From positions 723 to 64,722 of the forward strand of contig JAYUGC010000071.1 of NCBI GenBank assembly GCA_043767805.1: DNA of 64,000 bases, written 5' to 3'. Below, in pieces: positions 58,970 to 64,000 of this stretch. The notes beneath the pieces were generated by a model that saw only the letters and a program-made list of their open reading frames with translations, had not been told where the DNA came from and did not search any database. The stretch's first letter is position 1. Each line of letters begins with the position of its first letter. The stretch comes from Pseudomonadota bacterium (GTDB taxonomy: Bacteria > Bdellovibrionota > FAC87 > UBA2466). Both the position numbers and the translations under genes were made by a program.

Positions 58970-60193
58970 ATGTCCCAGGTCACGCTCCGCGGGCTCCACC
59001 GAGGAAGTCTCATGTACTCTCATTTTCCCAATCCAACGCAGCTTGATTTTTTGAACGCGTCGCTTTTGGTTGGCTCTCCCGCACTCGCGGCGTGGGAACG
59101 CTGGAAGGGCAAAGTCGACATCGAGCGCCTGGACATCGGTACGTACCGACTCTTGCCGCTTCTCTACCTGAACCTCAGCCGCCACGGCATGCAAGACCCC
59201 CTCATGACGCGGCTCAAAGGCGCCCATCGTTTTACTTGGGTCAAGAACCACCGGCTACAACTCGCGGCGGCGGCGATCGCCCAGGCCTTAAGCGATGGCG
59301 GGGTGCCGCTGCTGTTCTTTAAGGGATTGCCCCTCGTCGTCGACTGCTACGCGGATTTCGGTAGCCGCCAGATGCAGGACGTCGATGTGCTCATACCAGA
59401 GGCGTCGATTCCCCGTACCTTCGAGATCATGCTCAATCACGGGTGGATCGTCGACATCCCGCGCTTACGGAATCTGAACGACCCGTGGTCCAAAGGGTTT
59501 GTGAAGTACATTAACGGTTGCGACTTCCGGGATCCGCATCGCCAGACCGTGGATTTGCACTGGCGGCTCCTTCCTGAGAACTGCGACCCGTCCCTCAGTC
59601 AGAGTTTCTGGGACGAAGCCCGGCCCTTCGAGTTCCACGGCGTAAAAGCCAAGAGGTTGCGCCCGGAAGACATGCTGATCCACCTGATGCTGCATGGGTC
59701 GAGACGCGACGCCACGCCGCCCTTTCGCTGGATCGCGGACACGAGCTTGCTGCTCAAGCGATACGGAGACGATTTCGACTGGCGCTTCGTACGCGAGCGC
59801 TGTCTTTCCATGGACGTCGTGCTGGTCGTGCGCAGAAGCCTCGAGTTCTTACAAAAACATTTTGCGCTCGATACCGCCGCGCAAGGCGTAGAGGCGCTGG
59901 CCAGCGTGAAGACGACGGAGCGAGCTGCGTGGGAGTACAAGATCAACGCGCAAAGGAGCGACGCCTTACGAGAAGCTTGTTTCTTTTGGAACCGATACCG
60001 ACGCATCCGGCGGACGCACCCTCAGGCGTTGTCGATCTTCGGTTTCTTCAGGTACCTGCAGTACCTGGCGAAACTGGATTCGATCTTCGATATTCCAAGG
60101 CACGCGCTGAACAAGGCGGGAAAACTCCTCTTTGGCGTATCGTCGAAAGAAGCCCACGCCGGCCTTCTGCCTGACGGCCGCACCACCGTATGA
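58970..60193 (+). CDS. Nucleotidyltransferase family protein (NTP_transf_5-like)
   Basis: LFFKG...Y...GSRQMQDVDVLI, VDLHW; start may be 59012. Confidence 0.85.
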   Translation: MSQVTLRGLHRGSLMYSHFPNPTQLDFLNASLLVGSPALAAWERWKGKVDIERLDIGTYRLLPLLYLNLSRHGMQDPLMTRLKGAHRFTWVKNHRLQLAAAAIAQALSDGGVPLLFFKGLPLVVDCYADFGSRQMQDVDVLIPEASIPRTFEIMLNHGWIVDIPRLRNLNDPWSKGFVKYINGCDFRDPHRQTVDLHWRLLPENCDPSLSQSFWDEARPFEFHGVKAKRLRPEDMLIHLMLHGSRRDATPPFRWIADTSLLLKRYGDDFDWRFVRERCLSMDVVLVVRRSLEFLQKHFALDTAAQGVEALASVKTTERAAWEYKINAQRSDALREACFFWNRYRRIRRTHPQALSIFGFFRYLQYLAKLDSIFDIPRHALNKAGKLLFGVSSKEAHAGLLPDGRTTV

Positions 60194-60211
60194 CACCGAG
60201 GGTAGCAGACA

Positions 60212-61306
60212 ATGCAATTTGCCTATTTACGCGATTCGCGTACCTATAGCTCGATTCCCGCGGACGCCCGATCGGAGTTTCGTCGCCAGGTCGAAGCGAG
60301 CCGAGACGGCGCGTTTGAGAGCGGCGGCGGAACGCGGCTATACGAGGTCGCCGGCCGAAAGCTATGCGTTCGATATGCGGACGACCGCGTGTTCGAGCGG
60401 ATGTCCCGGGCGATAGCCCATCTGGAGACGAGCCTCGAGCCTTCGATCGATCTCACGGTGTATGCCTGGGACGCCCAGCGGTCCTTCTTTCCGGCGTTAC
60501 CGTGGCAAGCCACCGACGTCAGCTACCGGGGCGACGTTCAGCTACAAGGAATCAACACCGAGGGATGCTTCGTCGCCCACCGGCTCGGAGAAAAAATCCT
60601 TACCCTATTCGACAAGAACGCCCGTACCGCCTACGTATGGACCGAAGACATCCAGACAGTGCCGAACTGGGCCATGGGCGCGCCGCTTCGCACCCTCTTC
60701 CACTTATGGCTGACGGACGAAGGCCTGCAGATGGTGCACGGCGCGGTGGTCGGCCTGGATGGAACCGGCGTGTTACTGACGGCGCGAGGCGGGTCCGGCA
60801 AGTCGACGACCGCCGTCTTGTGCCTACAAAACGGGATGCTATATGTCGGCGACGATTATATTGCGGTGGCCTTCGACGAAGCGAGGCCAGTCGCGCACAG
60901 TCTGTACAATACGGGGAAATTGCATCGCCACGTTGCCGCGGCCTTTCCCGATTTCGCCACGGCGCCCGTCGATGCGTCCGAGTCCAATGACGACAAGCAG
61001 ATCTTCTATATCAACGAAGGTGCCTTCGCTGACCGATTGGAAAATCGGTTACCTCTTGGGGCAGTCATGGTGCCGATCATCGTAGATAAGGCCGAGACCA
61101 TCGTTCGGCCGATACACGGTGCCATCGCCCTCGCGGCTCTCGCGCCGACGACGATGACTCAGCTGCCCTACTGCGGAGAAAAGTCGCTGCGAAACTTAAG
61201 ACAGCTCGTCGAGCGGGTTCCCTGTTTCGCCTTGGAGCTCGGAAGACGGCCGAGCGGCGTCCTCGACGCTATCCGCTCTCACCTTGACGGCCTCCGGTCC
61301 TCTTAA
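60212..61306 (+). CDS. HPr-kinase-related P-loop kinase
   Basis: VHGAVV...GVLLTARGGSGKSTT...YVGDD. Confidence 0.85.
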   Translation: MQFAYLRDSRTYSSIPADARSEFRRQVEASRDGAFESGGGTRLYEVAGRKLCVRYADDRVFERMSRAIAHLETSLEPSIDLTVYAWDAQRSFFPALPWQATDVSYRGDVQLQGINTEGCFVAHRLGEKILTLFDKNARTAYVWTEDIQTVPNWAMGAPLRTLFHLWLTDEGLQMVHGAVVGLDGTGVLLTARGGSGKSTTAVLCLQNGMLYVGDDYIAVAFDEARPVAHSLYNTGKLHRHVAAAFPDFATAPVDASESNDDKQIFYINEGAFADRLENRLPLGAVMVPIIVDKAETIVRPIHGAIALAALAPTTMTQLPYCGEKSLRNLRQLVERVPCFALELGRRPSGVLDAIRSHLDGLRSS

Positions 61307-62002
61307 ATCTTGGTTCGTTGACTGGGCGGCCCGCTCACGCTCCAGCTTGCGCCGGATGGCGCTCAAAATACCGACGTTTACCGATTCGAAGTTGGCCGAC
61401 ATACCGTTTGTGCGGCGATACAGCACGGAGGCGCCCTGATAGGGAATGGTGGTGATCCCGCGCTCACAACATCTCAGGTACCAGTCGAGGTCCTCGGCGA
61501 AGCGCAGCGCGGGAGACGGATCAAACACACCGCACCGGACGAAGAGGGAGGCGCGAAAGAGCGCGTTTACGGGGCTGAAAGGCCCGAGGTTCTCCGCCCC
61601 CACCGCCGCCTCGCGCGGCGAATAGCCACCGAGTCTATGAATCTGTCCCCGCACTATGTCGGCCTCGGGATGATTCACCATCAAGGCGACCATGTTCGAC
61701 AGGCGATCGACGGGCCAAAGGTCGTCGGCATCCAGGAAGGCGATGAGGCCGCCTTTGGAATTTTTGATTCCTAGGTTACGCGCGGCTCCGGGCCCCTGAT
61801 TGCGCTGATGCAAAAGCACGATCCGGTCATGATAACCAGCGAGCCGCTCCACCGTGCCATCTATCGAGCCGTCATTGACGACGATAACTTCGAAATTTTG
61901 ATAGGACTGCGCGAAAACGCTTTTGAGCGTCTCCTCGATATAGGCCTCGCAGTTATAGGCAGGAATGATGACGGATACCAGGGTCTCGGTCGTGTCCGAC
62001 AT
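61196..62002 (-). CDS. Glycosyltransferase family 2
   Basis: VSVIIPAYN, VNDGSID, ARNLG, FLDADDLW, AEDLDW. Confidence 0.9.
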   Translation of the reverse strand: MSDTTETLVSVIIPAYNCEAYIEETLKSVFAQSYQNFEVIVVNDGSIDGTVERLAGYHDRIVLLHQRNQGPGAARNLGIKNSKGGLIAFLDADDLWPVDRLSNMVALMVNHPEADIVRGQIHRLGGYSPREAAVGAENLGPFSPVNALFRASLFVRCGVFDPSPALRFAEDLDWYLRCCERGITTIPYQGASVLYRRTNGMSANFESVNVGILSAIRRKLERERAAQSTNQDLRGPEAVKVRADSVEDAARPSSELQGETGNPLDELS

Positions 62003-62111
62003 TGTCGTCTCCCTATCGTTGGGTCGTTTGCGGAATCAGTTTTGATTGCAGCAGCAGGGGGAGAGTAGCAGCTCCGTGTATCGCGCATGAGGCCGCAGAC
62101 AGTGGCTCAGA

Positions 62112-63155
62112 TCATAGACCGGTCTGAGTCACCAGAGCTTGCAGGCGATCCAGGAGTCTAAGAGCGTAGCTTCTATATCGTAGCATGGTCCCCCGACCTA
62201 AAAACAGATAGGTCCCGATGAGATCGTAGACACGCAGAAGGGCCTGATGATCGTAGGCTCCTTGCAAGACGGAAAGCGGGGTATCCCGGTGGAGCGTCGA
62301 CGTCCGGTGGTAATGCAACAGACTGGCTTGACGAAGCGTCTCGGTAATCTCGATCTGCGGATCTTCGAGAAGGCTCGCCAGATCGTGAAGGCAGGGCCCG
62401 ATCTTCGTATCTTGATAGTCGATAAAAAAGCATTTCTCTTGGTGAAACAAGAGATTGGTACTCTGGAAATCCGAGTGTACGAGGCAGCGGCGCTCACCGG
62501 TCGCGAGTATGAGCTCGACGAGTCGCCGAAGCGTTTGCCGCGATAGGGCTCTAGCGGTTTCGCCGTGGCCAGGTGGCATCCACTTGTGGATGCGCGCCAG
62601 GCTCAGGTCGACTCGTCGTCGAAGATAGGCGGCATCCATCTTATCCAGCCGAGCTCGGCGAGTAAAATTGTCGGCATCCAGGGCTTGAATCTGACAGAGC
62701 ACGTCGATCGCGAGGGGAAGACGATCGATTAGGCCCGGAGACGAGGCGAGCGACGTGTCACCCAGGTCTTGGAACACAAAGAATCCGTACTGAAGCTGCG
62801 AATGGCGTAAGCGCGGAACCGGCGCGCCATACGACGAGTAGAGAGCGCTCAGCTGAGCGAATCGACGGCGCCGTGTGGCGTTCGGATGAGGATCATCGCA
62901 AAAAATCAGCGACTCTCCGGTCGTCACCAGGCGGTAGTAGTGTCGATCCGAAGCCTGCTGGGGGATCTCAGTCCGACGGGCATGACCCAAGTTGAGCGAG
63001 TCAAGGAAGCGTCGCTCCTTAGCCCGCCTGAGGCCCTGCGGGGCTCGGAGCGCCGCCCAAGTCTTAATCAATACGGACCTCAATCCGCCCCAATCAGCGC
63101 GGCCGGCGCCGAGCCGTTTAATCAGCCGAGCCTCTTTGTTAATAGATTCGCCCAA
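62112..63155 (-). CDS. APH-family phosphotransferase, AmgK-like anomeric sugar kinase
   Basis: ASDRHYYRL, QDLGD, HSDFQSTNL, IDYQD..IGP..HDLASLL; true start probably downstream of 63155. Confidence 0.75.
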   Translation of the reverse strand: MGESINKEARLIKRLGAGRADWGGLRSVLIKTWAALRAPQGLRRAKERRFLDSLNLGHARRTEIPQQASDRHYYRLVTTGESLIFCDDPHPNATRRRRFAQLSALYSSYGAPVPRLRHSQLQYGFFVFQDLGDTSLASSPGLIDRLPLAIDVLCQIQALDADNFTRRARLDKMDAAYLRRRVDLSLARIHKWMPPGHGETARALSRQTLRRLVELILATGERRCLVHSDFQSTNLLFHQEKCFFIDYQDTKIGPCLHDLASLLEDPQIEITETLRQASLLHYHRTSTLHRDTPLSVLQGAYDHQALLRVYDLIGTYLFLGRGTMLRYRSYALRLLDRLQALVTQTGL

Positions 63156-63201
63156 GGACCTACTCTAATATCTGCACATACTCGAAGTTAAGGGGTGGCG
63201 T

Positions 63202-64000
63202 ATGGACCTAAGCAACAAGACTGTCCTGGTTACGGGCGCCGACGGCTTCATCGGCAGCCACCTCGTGGAAGCCCTCGTGCAGAGACATTGCCGAGTCAGG
63301 GCTCTTGCATATTACAACTCTTTCAACACTTGGGGATGGCTCGATGCTTTGCCCGAAGAGACTATGCGCCATGTCGAAGTCGTTACCGGCGATATACGGG
63401 ACCCTTATGGAACCCGGAAGCTCGCGGAAGGCGCCGAAATCATCTTCCATCTCGCGGCACTAATTTCGATACCTTTTAGTTATCACTCCCCTGACATGTA
63501 CATCGACACCAACGTGAAAGGGACGCTCAACGTTCTGAACGCGGCTCGCGACGTCGGGTGCAGCCGTCTAATCGTGACGTCGACGTCAGAGGTCTATGGC
63601 ACGGCACGCTACGTGCCGATGGACGAAAATCACCCTTTACAGGGGCAGTCGCCCTATTCGGCGTCCAAAATCGGCGCCGACCGCCTTGCCGAGTCATTCT
63701 ACCGAAGCTTCGACCTGCCGCTAATCATCGTGCGGCCTTTTAATACTTACGGCCCTCGTCAATCGGCGCGAGCCGTGATTCCCGCCATCATTGGGCAGCT
63801 GCTTGCTGGCGACCGTCCGTTAGTTCTCGGCAAGGTATCGCCTACGCGCGACTTGGTGTTCGTCAAAGATACGGCCGAAGGCTTTATCGCGGCGGCTCAG
63901 TGTGACGCGGCGGTCGGTGAAGAGGTCAACATCGCCACGGAGAAAGAGATCTCTATCGAGAAGGTGGCCGAAAAGCTGACCAAAATCTTTGGCGTCGACG
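63202..64000 (+). CDS. NAD-dependent 4,6-dehydratase, LegB-like (truncated by the window end)
   Basis: VLVTGADGFIGSHL, YNSFNTWGWLD, HLAALISIPFSY, STSEVYG, QSPYSASK, RPFNTYGPRQSARAVIP. Confidence 0.9.
   Translation, partial: MDLSNKTVLVTGADGFIGSHLVEALVQRHCRVRALAYYNSFNTWGWLDALPEETMRHVEVVTGDIRDPYGTRKLAEGAEIIFHLAALISIPFSYHSPDMYIDTNVKGTLNVLNAARDVGCSRLIVTSTSEVYGTARYVPMDENHPLQGQSPYSASKIGADRLAESFYRSFDLPLIIVRPFNTYGPRQSARAVIPAIIGQLLAGDRPLVLGKVSPTRDLVFVKDTAEGFIAAAQCDAAVGEEVNIATEKEISIEKVAEKLTKIFGVD

Noticed and set aside
1-64000. CRISPR array, prophage, integron or rRNA
   Set aside because: No regularly spaced repeats, cas genes, phage structural genes, integrase or rRNA-like sequence seen

Overview
A gene-dense, GC-rich bacterial chromosomal segment. 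Its many signal-peptide orphan proteins, subtilases and giant IPT/Kelch surface protein suggest a Bdellovibrionota/Oligoflexia-like organism (inference only). It contains, in order: a 14-IPT-repeat surface protein; a CdaA-YbbR diadenylate cyclase fusion; a sigma54-type BON/stress pair; a DEAD-box helicase; one complete ~1 kb IS with TIRs and a target duplication; DNA repair genes (YcaQ-like, dinB); two S8 proteases; two inorganic-carbon uptake modules (dabA-dabB-NuoM-like and sulP-can); an ECF sigma/anti-sigma/TPR-barrel cluster; and a ~15 kb glycan locus. The glycan locus holds GT2s, an ABC exporter, a sulfotransferase, LegB/LegC-like enzymes, a NamH-like Rieske hydroxylase and a PqqD/nucleotidyltransferase/HPr-kinase-like trio. 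Best candidate for an undescribed system: each carbon-uptake operon is preceded by a small signal-peptide leader ORF ending in a proline-pair motif (RAPP before dabA, HKPP before sulP) followed by structured RNA, suggesting arrest-peptide control of CO2/bicarbonate acquisition. All family assignments come from motifs recognised by eye; no database searches were run. No rRNA, tRNA or CRISPR array was found.
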